Assembly: GCA_016204605.1 (NCBI GenBank)
Contig: JACQKK010000010.1
Location: 77,549 to 141,548 of the forward strand
Direction: 5' to 3'
DNA from: Candidatus Lambdaproteobacteria bacterium
GTDB taxonomy: Bacteria; SAR324; JACQKK01
Length of the DNA: 64,000 nt
Shown here: positions 53,251-62,403 of the stretch, in pieces
Layout of the letters: each line of letters starts with the position of its first letter
Position numbering within the stretch: position 1 is the first letter of the stretch
Program-made: the position numbers and the translations under genes
The notes under the pieces: model-generated
What the model saw: only the letters and a program-made list of their open reading frames with translations
What the model was told of the DNA's origin: nothing
Database searches by the model: none

Positions 53251-54310
53251 CGAGTTTGAGTTGTCGCTATTTGGTCCAGGGGTTGGCGAATGTGTAGTTG
53301 TGCACCTAGGACAAGGCGAGTGGCTTGTTGTTGATTCCTGTATCGATCGTGAAACGCGGAAACCCGTAGCCCTAGACTACTTCGACAAACTAGGTCTGAA
53401 TCCGGCTGAAGCCGTGCGACTGGTCATCGTGACTCACTGGCACGACGACCACATTGGTGGAGCATCGGCCGTAGCCAAAGCCGCAACCCGGGCCGACATC
53501 GTCTGTTCCGCTGCGCTCAACTGTAAGGAATTTCAGACGGTGCTAGGCGTTACGGCCGTGCCGTACATGCGGGGTGCCGGCGTCGATGAGATGACGCAGA
53601 TCTTCGAGCTTCTACTTGATCGAAGGAGTAGTAACCGATTGGATATTACCCCAGTCTGGGCGAAAGCACACACTCGACTGTATCAAACCGTTGCCGGAAG
53701 CGTTGAGGCTCTGAGCCCGTCTGACGCAACCTTCTCTCGCTTTCTTCAGGAGATTGCGAGTCTGCTGCCCGGCGTGGGAGCAACTGCACGCCGAGCAGTA
53801 AAGAACACACCCAATGAAACTGCGATTGCCATCTGGATTGAGGCGGGCGAAATCCGGGCGTTATTGGGCTCTGACTTGGAAAAGGGTGATACCGGAGTCA
53901 CCGGTTGGCAGGCCGTCGTCAATTCAACTCGCCGGCCACAAGGGAGAGCCAGACTCTTGAAAGTCGCCCATCATGGCTCTGACGGAGCAGATGAGCCGCG
54001 TGTGTGGAGCGACATGCTGGAACCACAGCCTCTGGCTGTCCTGACGCCATTTCGGCGAAGTTGGTTGCCCCGCGAAACAGACCTAGAACGCATTGCATCA
54101 CAAGCGGGGCAGGCATTTTGCACTGCGCTCCCGCGACCTACTCGCCCAGCCCGCCGCGCGCCAACTGTTGAAAAGCTAGTCCGTCGTGTTGCGCCCGATT
54201 TGCGCGAAGTTGTGGGTCCGATGGGACATGTCCGGATTCGGATCAAGCGGGGTGCGTCGACGCCCTCCATTGAACGGCGCGGCCCGGCATTTCAGTTGAG
54301 ACACCCGTAG
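53219..54310 (+). CDS. ComEC/Rec2-related metallo-beta-lactamase-fold hydrolase (COG2333-like), gene 3 of the low-GC island
   Basis: THWHDDHIGGA is the HxHxDH motif. The downstream KVAHHGSDGADE is the ComEC-type MBL signature. GC is low. The start could be 53132 or 53219. Confidence 0.6.
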   Translation: MINIRNRPAADEFELSLFGPGVGECVVVHLGQGEWLVVDSCIDRETRKPVALDYFDKLGLNPAEAVRLVIVTHWHDDHIGGASAVAKAATRADIVCSAALNCKEFQTVLGVTAVPYMRGAGVDEMTQIFELLLDRRSSNRLDITPVWAKAHTRLYQTVAGSVEALSPSDATFSRFLQEIASLLPGVGATARRAVKNTPNETAIAIWIEAGEIRALLGSDLEKGDTGVTGWQAVVNSTRRPQGRARLLKVAHHGSDGADEPRVWSDMLEPQPLAVLTPFRRSWLPRETDLERIASQAGQAFCTALPRPTRPARRAPTVEKLVRRVAPDLREVVGPMGHVRIRIKRGASTPSIERRGPAFQLRHP

Positions 54311-54366
54311 AAGCCATCAAGTATGGATCCAGCGCTCGGTGTGGCGCCCGCGCCCGCGCCCTCGCC

Positions 54367-54726
54367 TCAGGCCAGGCGCAGCATGCCGTAGCGGCTGTCG
54401 GGGCCGCACAGCAGCCAGATTTCGCCGAACGGATGGGGGCGGGGGATGCGGATCTCGGCGGCGTGGCGGTCGAAGTCGTCCTGGGTCCAGACGAAGGTCA
54501 GGTTGCGGATGCCCAGCCAGATCGGGCGCTCCGCATAGGCGGCCGCCGTCCGCTCGGCGAGCAGCCGGTTGAGCGCCTGGGTCACCTCGTGCACGCCCAC
54601 GCCGCCCACCTGGGATAGGGGGTCGCGCCGCCCGCCGCCCCAGGCGCGCCTGCCCAGCACGCGGTGCGCGGTGCGCGGCGGCAGCGCGAGCGGCGCCAGC
54701 GCCACCCACACCGGCTGCCCTTCCAT
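54367..54726 (-). CDS. Hypothetical protein (119 aa or longer) downstream of truA
   Basis: GC is native and the ORF is co-directional with truA. I recognise no family. It could start further upstream at a GTG. Confidence 0.35.
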   Translation of the reverse strand: MEGQPVWVALAPLALPPRTAHRVLGRRAWGGGRRDPLSQVGGVGVHEVTQALNRLLAERTAAAYAERPIWLGIRNLTFVWTQDDFDRHAAEIRIPRPHPFGEIWLLCGPDSRYGMLRLA

Positions 54727-54902
54727 CTCGCAGAGCAGCTCCGGTTCGGGCGCCACGCCGCGGCGGCGCAGGTTCACCGCGCAGCCGTGCACGATCGAGA
54801 GCGCCTCGAGGGTGCGGGCGATCACGCGCCGGTCGGGCTCCTGCCCGGGGGTCGCGAGCGGGCCCCGCGCGGGTGCCGGGGCGGGCTCGCCATCCTGGCC
54901 GC

Positions 54903-55718
54903 TCACGGCTCCTCCAGCGCGCGGAGTTCGGGGAACGCGGCCAGGTCGTAGGCGACGTGCACCAGGTGCAGGCCGCAGCCGGGGGCCGTGGCATCGGCGC
55001 GGTCGCGGCGGCGGCTCGCCAGGATCGGCCCGAGGGCCTGGGGGGCCAGCCGACCCAGCCCCACGGCGACCAGCGTGCCGACGATGATGCGGGCCATGTG
55101 CTGGAGGAAGCCCGAGGCCTCGAGCTCGATGCGCAGCGTGGCATCGTCCCAGCCGCCTTCGGCGATGTCGATCCGCCGCAGCTCCCGCACCGGCGAGCGT
55201 GCGGCGCACTCGCTCGCGCGGAAGGCCGAGAAGTCGTGCTCGCCCAGCAGCGCCGGGGCCGCCTCGCGCAGCGCCGCCACATCGAGCGGCATCCGCAGCC
55301 ACCAGCCGCAGCGGCGCGCGAACACGGGCGGGTAGGGTCGGTTGTACAGGTGGTAGCGGTAGGTCTTGCCTGTCGCGCTGTGGCGCGCATGGAAACCGGC
55401 CGATACGGGCACGATGCGCTGCACCGCGATGGCCGGCCCGGCCAGGGCGTTGAGGCTGGTGCGCACCCTGCCGGGATCGAGGCCGGGCGGGCCGAAGAAG
55501 TTGGCCACCTGCCCGAGCGCGTGCACGCCCGCGTCGGTGCGCCCCGAGCCCTGCACGCGCACCGGCCGGCGCAGGATCACCGCCAGCGCCTGCTCCAGGC
55601 GCCCCTGCACCGTCTCGCCGCTCGACTGGACCTGCCAGCCCCTGAAGGCACTGCCGTCGTATGCGAGCCGCAGGGCGTAGTTCTGCCGACCCGCCTCGGG
55701 CGCGGCACCGCCCCGCAC
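54903..55718 (-). CDS. truA: tRNA pseudouridine(38-40) synthase
   Basis: ..YALRLAYDGSAFRGWQVQ.. at the N-terminus and the GRTDAGVHA catalytic-Asp motif. A GTG start is inferred at 55718. Confidence 0.8.
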   Translation of the reverse strand: MRGGAAPEAGRQNYALRLAYDGSAFRGWQVQSSGETVQGRLEQALAVILRRPVRVQGSGRTDAGVHALGQVANFFGPPGLDPGRVRTSLNALAGPAIAVQRIVPVSAGFHARHSATGKTYRYHLYNRPYPPVFARRCGWWLRMPLDVAALREAAPALLGEHDFSAFRASECAARSPVRELRRIDIAEGGWDDATLRIELEASGFLQHMARIIVGTLVAVGLGRLAPQALGPILASRRRDRADATAPGCGLHLVHVAYDLAAFPELRALEEP

Positions 55719-55837
55719 GGCGGGTGCACCATGCTGCGCTGCCGGGTCGAGCGAAAGGCGGGGCTCCACGGCGGCCCTCCTCGCGAGCGTAGGGCGCTCC
55801 CCGCGCGGGCGACGCCCCGGCGGGGGCGCGAGCCGGC

Positions 55838-56158
55838 CTACAGGGCCTGGTCCACCATCGCCCGCACCTTGCGCGGGTCGTTGCCGATGGTGACGTTCAC
55901 CTGCTGGCCATCCTTGAACAGCATCACGGTCGGGATGCCGCGGATGCCGAGCTTGCCGGGGATGTTGGGGTTGGCGTCGATATCCACCTTGGCCACGCGC
56001 ACCTTGCCGGCATAGTCTTCGGCGATCTTGTCGATGTGCGGCCCGAGCGCGAGGCACGGCGCGCACCATTCCGCCCAGAAATCCACCAGCGTCAGCCCCT
56101 CGGCCACGCCGGAATCGAAATCCTGCTCCGAAAGATGGATCACCTTCTCGTTCGCCAT
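55838..56158 (-). CDS. trxA: Thioredoxin
   Basis: 106 aa from MANEKVIHLS with a WAEWCAPC active site. Confidence 0.9.
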   Translation of the reverse strand: MANEKVIHLSEQDFDSGVAEGLTLVDFWAEWCAPCLALGPHIDKIAEDYAGKVRVAKVDIDANPNIPGKLGIRGIPTVMLFKDGQQVNVTIGNDPRKVRAMVDQAL

Positions 56159-56426
56159 GACTCCCCTTGCCCGGTTCCCCGGGTCTGTTGGCCGCTGCGG
56201 TGTGTGCGCCGCCGGTGTGTGCACTGGGCCGATGTGTGCGCTGGGCCGCCCGCGCAGGCGGCCCGTGCTTGTGCTCACCCGGCGGACGCCGTATGGTGGC
56301 GCCAGTCGCCACTACGGGTGGCGCCCGCTCCGCTCTCCCCCGGCGGGCGCACCCGGCACGGCTCGGTGCAGCGTCATTATAGCAATGGCCGGGGGCGAGG
56401 CAACCACAGGACAGGGGAGTGCCACC

Positions 56427-56723
56427 ATGGCAAGGACTGCCGCCAAGACCGTGCGCCGCGAGCGCGAGTACGCCATCCCGGGGAAATGCTCCCCCGGCAT
56501 GTTCCCGAGCGAGTACGCGGTGACCATCCAACTCGGCGATAAGGAGTTCTCGCTGTTCGCGGACCGCAGGGACGTCAAGCTGCTCGACGCCGAGACGGGG
56601 GAATGCCTGGTTCGAGTGCGCGTGTTCGACAAGAAGAAGCAGATCATCTCACTGCCGGGGGAGACGCTGGAGAATGGTCGTCAATTCGCCGTATACCCGA
56701 TAGACCAACTCCATGACCTATGA
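56427..56723 (+). CDS. Hypothetical small protein (98 aa) translationally coupled to the downstream dcd-like gene
   Basis: A GGGGAG ribosome-binding site precedes the ATG. The stop overlaps the next start (ATGA). I recognise no family. Confidence 0.4.
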   Translation: MARTAAKTVRREREYAIPGKCSPGMFPSEYAVTIQLGDKEFSLFADRRDVKLLDAETGECLVRVRVFDKKKQIISLPGETLENGRQFAVYPIDQLHDL

Positions 56724-57301
56724 TTCTAAGCAATTCCGAAATTCTACGTGCAATATCGAGAGGTGAATTGGCGATCGGCGAGTTACGCGGCGATGAAGAT
56801 CCGTCTCGATCGCCCTTTAACACCTGCTCTGTGGATCTCCGGCTTGCAGATATAGTGGTGGAACCCAAAGACGCCATATCCTCCGTGGATTTCTTTCGAG
56901 GACAAGGCAAAATTTCGGACTACCTTGCTGATAACTCTAAATCGTATCGTATTCATCCCAATCAGTCTTATACCCTATCTCCTGGCGGTTTCGTACTCGC
57001 AAAAACGGAAGAAAGAGTGCAATTTCCTGTAGCAAAGTCCAGATCCAGGCGCACATTTGGCGGTCGGGTAGAAGGCCGCAGCAGCATCGCACGATGCGGG
57101 GTGTTGGTTCATTGCACCGCGCCCACGATTCACGCCAATTTCGAGGGAACCATCACGTTGGAGCTCGTCAATCTCGGCAAATGGAATTTCCTGCTGTACC
57201 CCGGCATGTTAATTTGTCAACTCATGGTCGAGCATGTCCACGGCCGAGTCATTCCCACGCCCACACAGTTCATCGGGCAAGACAAGCCCTTCGGCCGCTG
57301 A
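56720..57301 (+). CDS. dcd: dCTP deaminase-family (dUTPase-fold) protein, low-GC
   Basis: 193 aa. GRSSIARCGVLVHCTAPTIHANFEGTITLELVNLGKWNFLLYPGMLICQLMVE aligns closely with the E. coli Dcd core (GRSSLARLGLMVHVTA..IVLEFYN.G..PL.L.PGM.I). GC is ~50%. Confidence 0.8.
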   Translation: MILSNSEILRAISRGELAIGELRGDEDPSRSPFNTCSVDLRLADIVVEPKDAISSVDFFRGQGKISDYLADNSKSYRIHPNQSYTLSPGGFVLAKTEERVQFPVAKSRSRRTFGGRVEGRSSIARCGVLVHCTAPTIHANFEGTITLELVNLGKWNFLLYPGMLICQLMVEHVHGRVIPTPTQFIGQDKPFGR

Positions 57302-57307
57302 ATCTCC

Positions 57308-58069
57308 ATGCCCCCACGCCCGTTGACGATCCACCCCGTGACCGGCCTGCCCGAGTTCATGCCGGGCGATGACCTGGCGGCCGCCTTCTGGGGCGCCGTG
57401 CAGGCGCAGGGGTTGGCCCTGGCCGAAGGCGACGTGGTCGTCGTGGCGCAGAAGGCAGTCTCGAAGTGCGAAGGCTCGCGCATGGCGCTGAGCGCCATCG
57501 ACCCCTCGCCCTTCGCGCGCTATTGGGCCGAGAAGTGGGGCAAGGACCCGCGCCAGGTGGAGATCGTGCTCCGGGAGAGCCGGCGCATCGTCAGGATGGA
57601 GCGCGGGCTGATCATCGCCGAGACCCGCCACGGCTACGTCTGCGCCAACGCGGGCGTGGACCTCTCCAACGCCGGCACGGCGGAGGGGGTGGCGATCCTG
57701 CTGCCGGAGGACCCGGACCGCTCGGCCCGCACGCTGCGGGAGCGCATCCGCGATCTCTCCGGGCGCTCGGTGGCGGTGATCGTGGCCGATACTTTCGGGC
57801 GCCCCTGGCGGAGCGGGCTGGTGCAGGTCGCCCTCGGCGCGGCCGGGCTGCTGCCCGTGCGCGACTACCGCGGCAAGACCGATGCCGACGGCCGCGAGCT
57901 GAAGAGCACCGAGATCGCCCTGGCCGACGAGCTGGCCTCAGCCGCGGACCTCGTCTGCGGCAAGGTGCACCGCGTCCCCATCGCCGTGATCCAGGGCTAC
58001 GAGGCCCCCCCCGGCGAGGCCGACGGCCGCGCCCTGATCCGCCCCCCGGAGATGGACCTGTTCAGGTAG
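57308..58069 (+). CDS. cofE: Coenzyme F420-0:L-glutamate ligase
   Basis: 253 aa. The CofE family pattern (..VVVAQKAVSKCEGS...GYVCANAGVD.SN..) is present. GC is native. Confidence 0.8.
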   Translation: MPPRPLTIHPVTGLPEFMPGDDLAAAFWGAVQAQGLALAEGDVVVVAQKAVSKCEGSRMALSAIDPSPFARYWAEKWGKDPRQVEIVLRESRRIVRMERGLIIAETRHGYVCANAGVDLSNAGTAEGVAILLPEDPDRSARTLRERIRDLSGRSVAVIVADTFGRPWRSGLVQVALGAAGLLPVRDYRGKTDADGRELKSTEIALADELASAADLVCGKVHRVPIAVIQGYEAPPGEADGRALIRPPEMDLFR

Positions 58070-58106
58070 TAATGACTGACCAAATTCGCCAATTATAATT
58101 CCTTAT

Positions 58107-59558
58107 TCAAATGTTTTCCATAATCTGCGCTTGCCTACGAATTAAGTTCCTTCCAAGAATATAACAGTAAACTGCGGCCTCTTGAAATTCGATTCTCAGA
58201 CCCTCGACTTCGTGTTCCCCATGTACCGATTTTGTCGTAACTTTCGCATGATCCAGGCCAACCCGTGCGCAGAAAGCAATGAGACTCTTCAAGTCTTTTG
58301 TGTTGTCAAAATATCGGTCGCTCCATTTCACTTCAACACACCATCTCACTTCATTACCTTTTTCCAGATCAACAATGTCAACTTCGCCTTCCGATCCTCC
58401 CTTCTTCCAACGAGCATAGTGAATATTATTCATGAAGTTCCCCGCATGAATCCACTGACAAAATATTGCAGTTTCGACTAAGCTCCCAATTTCATCTTCG
58501 ATCTTGACTAGTCCAAATAGGGCTGCGTACATTGATGGATTTGTTAGATAGACTTTGAAGAAATTGATCTTGTTAAATGTTTTGCCATTGTTATCAACTC
58601 TTTTCACAGTCTTGATGAGAAATGCCGCTTCAAGGTATTCGATATATCGCTTGATCGTATTCTTAGACAGCCCTGAAGCTACACTTAAATTTTCAAACGT
58701 AATCTCATTTCCAGTCTGGTACGCGAGGACATAGAATAGACGAGTAAGTTCTTGTACATCATTGATACCATAAAGAGATGGCAAGTCTCGCAGCAAGACC
58801 TTGTCGATGATGTCGCTACGGATGAACCTTTCAGGATTCTTCTGGATAGCTTCACTGAATACGGATTCTGGGAAGCCGCCAAAATTAATGTAACGAATGA
58901 ACTCTCGATTGAGACTCGCAATATCTTTGACTTCAATCCGCCCATGTTTCTTAATTGAAACGAAGTACCTTTCGTGTAAATTTTGCAGGTCTAAAAATTC
59001 ATAGAATGTGAGAGGAGGTAACATGAAGTCTGTAAATCTGCCGGCACCAGACTCCAAACTCTTCATTCTAAGGGCAGCAGCTGCGGAACCCGAAGCAATG
59101 AACTTGGTATGCTTCTCAGTATCCACAAGATGTTTCAGATGTACTTCCCAACCGTTCAAATATTGGATTTCATCGAAAATGACTATGCATCCATTCGTCT
59201 TGTCCTTGTCGGTCACTTCTTTGTAGAGTTTCACCAATTCTTCGAGGCGGAGGCCTTGAAATAGCGGTGTTTCTAAAGGCAAGTAAACAATGTCATGAGG
59301 CTGTTTCCCGGAGTCAATCAGCTTTTGTATGAAATGATGAAGCATTACCGTCTTGCCAACGCGCCTAGGTCCCATAAGGACAACGGCCCGATTGGGTGTA
59401 GTACTGCTGCCAAGAGGGTAGAATAGATCGAAATATCGCCTTTGCTTGTACTTGCGGAGTTCTGGATCGATTGAGGACGTTTGCCAGTGGGGATTCAGAT
59501 CGCGCAGTTTTTTGTGTAGCGTGTCTTGGGGAATTTCTCGGATCACGATACTCTCCAA
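58107..59558 (-). CDS. AAA+ superfamily ATPase of the COG1373 / AAA_14+DUF4143 family, low-GC
   Basis: 483 aa. The Walker A is LMGPRRVGKT and the Walker B region is CIVIFDEIQ. The C-terminal region resembles DUF4143. GC is ~40%. Confidence 0.75.
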   Translation of the reverse strand: MESIVIREIPQDTLHKKLRDLNPHWQTSSIDPELRKYKQRRYFDLFYPLGSSTTPNRAVVLMGPRRVGKTVMLHHFIQKLIDSGKQPHDIVYLPLETPLFQGLRLEELVKLYKEVTDKDKTNGCIVIFDEIQYLNGWEVHLKHLVDTEKHTKFIASGSAAAALRMKSLESGAGRFTDFMLPPLTFYEFLDLQNLHERYFVSIKKHGRIEVKDIASLNREFIRYINFGGFPESVFSEAIQKNPERFIRSDIIDKVLLRDLPSLYGINDVQELTRLFYVLAYQTGNEITFENLSVASGLSKNTIKRYIEYLEAAFLIKTVKRVDNNGKTFNKINFFKVYLTNPSMYAALFGLVKIEDEIGSLVETAIFCQWIHAGNFMNNIHYARWKKGGSEGEVDIVDLEKGNEVRWCVEVKWSDRYFDNTKDLKSLIAFCARVGLDHAKVTTKSVHGEHEVEGLRIEFQEAAVYCYILGRNLIRRQAQIMENI

Positions 59559-59701
59559 TTTGGTTTCTGGTTGGACGTTAGGCTAGCAGGGGTTACCGAT
59601 AAGATCAAGCGACTGATTCAAGTTGTTTCTTGTCCCGTAACCCACGGAAATGATGACGCATCCGGCTGTCAAGAAATCAAAAATGGCTTGGCCGGTAATC
59701 T

Positions 59702-60868
59702 ATGTCCACCTTACATTTCACTGAGACCGCGCCCCCCACCCTTGAGGAGGCGTACGCCCTGATCGGGGCGGAGGGGGTGGCGCTGCTGGAGTTGATGCAC
59801 GCGGCGGCGAGCCTGCGCGAGGCGCACAAGGGGCGCGCCGTCACATACTCGCGCAAGGTGTTCATCCCGCTGACGACCTACTGTCGCGACGACTGCGGCT
59901 ACTGCACCTTCAAGCACGATCCGGGTCATCCGGGCGCGAAGACGCTCTCGCCCGAGGAGGTGCTGGCTATCGCCCGGCGCGGCCGGACGCGCGGCTGCAA
60001 GGAGGCGCTGTTCAGCCTGGGCGACAAGCCCGAGCTGCGCTTCCCCGAGGCGGCCGCGGCGCTGGCGCGCTTCGGCCACCGCACCACGGCGGAGTACCTG
60101 GTGGCGATGTGCCGGCTGGTGCTGGAGCAGACGGGGCTGCTGCCCCACGCCAACCCCGGCACGCTGGGGCGCGCGGAGGTGGCGGCCCTGCGCGACGTGA
60201 CCGGCAGCATGGGCATCATGCTGGAGAACGTGAGCCCGCGCCTGCGCGGGCCGGGCATGCCGCACGAGCACGCGCCCGACAAGGCCCCCGGCGCGCGGCT
60301 GGCCATGCACCGCTTCGCGGGCGAGCTGAAGGTGCCGTTCACGACGGGGCTGCTGATCGGGATCGGGGAGACGCCGCGGGAGCGCGTGGACACGCTGTTC
60401 GCCATCCGCGACCTGCATGCGCGCTACGGCCACATCCAGGAGGTGATCGTGCAGAACTTCCGCGCCAAGCCGGGCATCCCGATGGCCGCCTGGCCCGACG
60501 CCACGCTCACCGACCTGCTGCGCACCATCGCCGTGGCGCGGCTGGTGCTGGGCGGGGAGATGAACCTCCAGGCCCCGCCCAACCTGAGCCCGGAGGCGTA
60601 CCCGCTGCTGCTGCTGGCGGGGATCAACGACTGGGGCGGCGTGTCCCCCGTGACCCCGGATCACATCAACCCCGAGGCGCCCTGGCCGGAGATCCAACGG
60701 CTGGCCGAGCGCAGCGCCGAGGTAGGCTATCACCTGCGGGAGCGGCTCACGCTCTATCCCGAATACATCACGCGGAAGCCGGGCTTCATCGCGGAGCCCG
60801 TGGCCGACGCGGTGCGCCGGCTCGCCGATGCGGAGGGCTATGCCATCCCCGCCGAAAAGCGTCCCTGA
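59702..60868 (+). CDS. cofG: 7,8-didemethyl-8-hydroxy-5-deazariboflavin (FO) synthase subunit CofG (radical SAM)
   Basis: 388 aa with a CRDDCGYC radical-SAM cluster motif and overall CofG/FbiC-N similarity. Confidence 0.85.
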   Translation: MSTLHFTETAPPTLEEAYALIGAEGVALLELMHAAASLREAHKGRAVTYSRKVFIPLTTYCRDDCGYCTFKHDPGHPGAKTLSPEEVLAIARRGRTRGCKEALFSLGDKPELRFPEAAAALARFGHRTTAEYLVAMCRLVLEQTGLLPHANPGTLGRAEVAALRDVTGSMGIMLENVSPRLRGPGMPHEHAPDKAPGARLAMHRFAGELKVPFTTGLLIGIGETPRERVDTLFAIRDLHARYGHIQEVIVQNFRAKPGIPMAAWPDATLTDLLRTIAVARLVLGGEMNLQAPPNLSPEAYPLLLLAGINDWGGVSPVTPDHINPEAPWPEIQRLAERSAEVGYHLRERLTLYPEYITRKPGFIAEPVADAVRRLADAEGYAIPAEKRP

Positions 60869-60872
60869 GCCG

Positions 60873-62363
60873 ATGGCGGGCTCGCTGGTCACGAGCGCGC
60901 TGGTCGCCGGGCTGCCCCGACCTGTCGGCCTGATCGGCTACGGGGTCGAGGGGCGCGAGACCCTGCGCTGGCTCGCGGCCCACGGCCTGCGCGAGGCGCT
61001 GCTGTTCGACCGGGCGGTCGGCGCCGGGCCGCCTCCCGAACTGGTCGCCGAGCTGCCCCCGCTGGAGCGCGTGGCCTGGTACGGCGAGCGCGACTTCATG
61101 GCGCACCTGCCGCGCTGCGGCACCGTCGTGCGCAGCCCCGGCGTGCGCCCCGACCAGCCCTGGCTGGCAGCGGCGCGCGCAGCCGGGGCACGGATCACTT
61201 CGGCCACGTCGCTGTTCCTGGCGGCGTGTCCCGGCCCGGTGGCGGGGGTGACGGGCACCCTCGGCAAGGGCACAGCCTCGACCCTGATCGCCGAAGCCCT
61301 GCGCGCCTCGGGCATGGCCTGCCGGTTGGGCGGGAACATCGGCACCAACCCGCTGGCCTTCCTCGACGAGCTCGATCCCGGCACGGCGGTGGTTCTGGAG
61401 CTCTCCAGCTTCCAGCTCATGGACCTGGCCCCGCAGCCCCGGCCGCGCGTGGCGGTCGTGCTGCGCACGACCAGCGAGCACCAGGACTGGCACACCGACG
61501 TTCACGAGTACCGCGCCGCCAAGCGCGGCCTGCTCGCCACCCCCGGTGAGGCGCAGACGGTCATCTACTGCGCCGACGCCGAGGGCACGCAGGAGGTAGT
61601 GGGCGAGCGCCGGCACGCGGAAGCGGGCGCGGCCGATGGCTGGACCTACAGCCTCGCCGGGCCGGTGCGGGAGGGCATCGGCAGGGAGGGTAGCAGGCTC
61701 GTGCGCTTCCGGCACGGGCGGGCCACCCCGCTCGACGGGCTGGAGCGGCTCGCGATGCCCGGGCGCTTCAACCTGGAGAACGCCGCCGCCGCCTATCTCG
61801 CCGCCGAGGCGCTCGGGGAGGCGCTCGCCGAGCCGGGGCAACCGGGGTTCGACGCCGGGCGCGCCATCGCCGCGATCGCCGCGTTCCCCGGCCTGCCGCA
61901 CCGGCTGGAGCGGGTGGGCACCCTCGGCGCGGTGACCTGTTACAACGACTCCTACGGCACCCGGCCCGATGCAACGCTCGGCGCGGTCAACTCGTTCGAC
62001 CAGCCGCTGGCGCTGATCCTGGGCGGCTCGGAGAAGCACGCCGACTTCGCCCCGCTGGCCGAGGCGCTCTGCCGCCACCGGAGTCTGCGGCGCGTGGTGC
62101 TGATCGGGCAGACCGCGGAGCGCATCGCCGGGGAGATCGGCCGCGCCGAGGCGCACCTCGGTCAGGGGCCGGTGCGGCTCCGCGCCGGGTCGCTGGAGGA
62201 GGCGCTGGGGCTCGCGCTCGCGGCGCTGCCGGCGGGCGGCGTGCTGCTGTTCAGCCCGGCCTGCGCCAGCTTCGACATGTTCCCCAACTATAAGGTGCGC
62301 GGCGAGACGTTTCGCAGGCTGGTGCAGCAACGCGAACAATGGCGCAAGACTGCAGGGGAGTGA
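60873..62363 (+). CDS. murD: UDP-N-acetylmuramoyl-L-alanine--D-glutamate ligase
   Basis: The Mur ligase P-loop GVTGTLGKGT, and MurD-like NDSYGT, LILGGSEKHADF and FSPACASFDMF motifs. Confidence 0.8.
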   Translation: MAGSLVTSALVAGLPRPVGLIGYGVEGRETLRWLAAHGLREALLFDRAVGAGPPPELVAELPPLERVAWYGERDFMAHLPRCGTVVRSPGVRPDQPWLAAARAAGARITSATSLFLAACPGPVAGVTGTLGKGTASTLIAEALRASGMACRLGGNIGTNPLAFLDELDPGTAVVLELSSFQLMDLAPQPRPRVAVVLRTTSEHQDWHTDVHEYRAAKRGLLATPGEAQTVIYCADAEGTQEVVGERRHAEAGAADGWTYSLAGPVREGIGREGSRLVRFRHGRATPLDGLERLAMPGRFNLENAAAAYLAAEALGEALAEPGQPGFDAGRAIAAIAAFPGLPHRLERVGTLGAVTCYNDSYGTRPDATLGAVNSFDQPLALILGGSEKHADFAPLAEALCRHRSLRRVVLIGQTAERIAGEIGRAEAHLGQGPVRLRAGSLEEALGLALAALPAGGVLLFSPACASFDMFPNYKVRGETFRRLVQQREQWRKTAGE

Positions 62364-62403
62364 ACCTCCCCCACCGCCCCCGACGGAACCTTCGGATCTA
62401 TCC

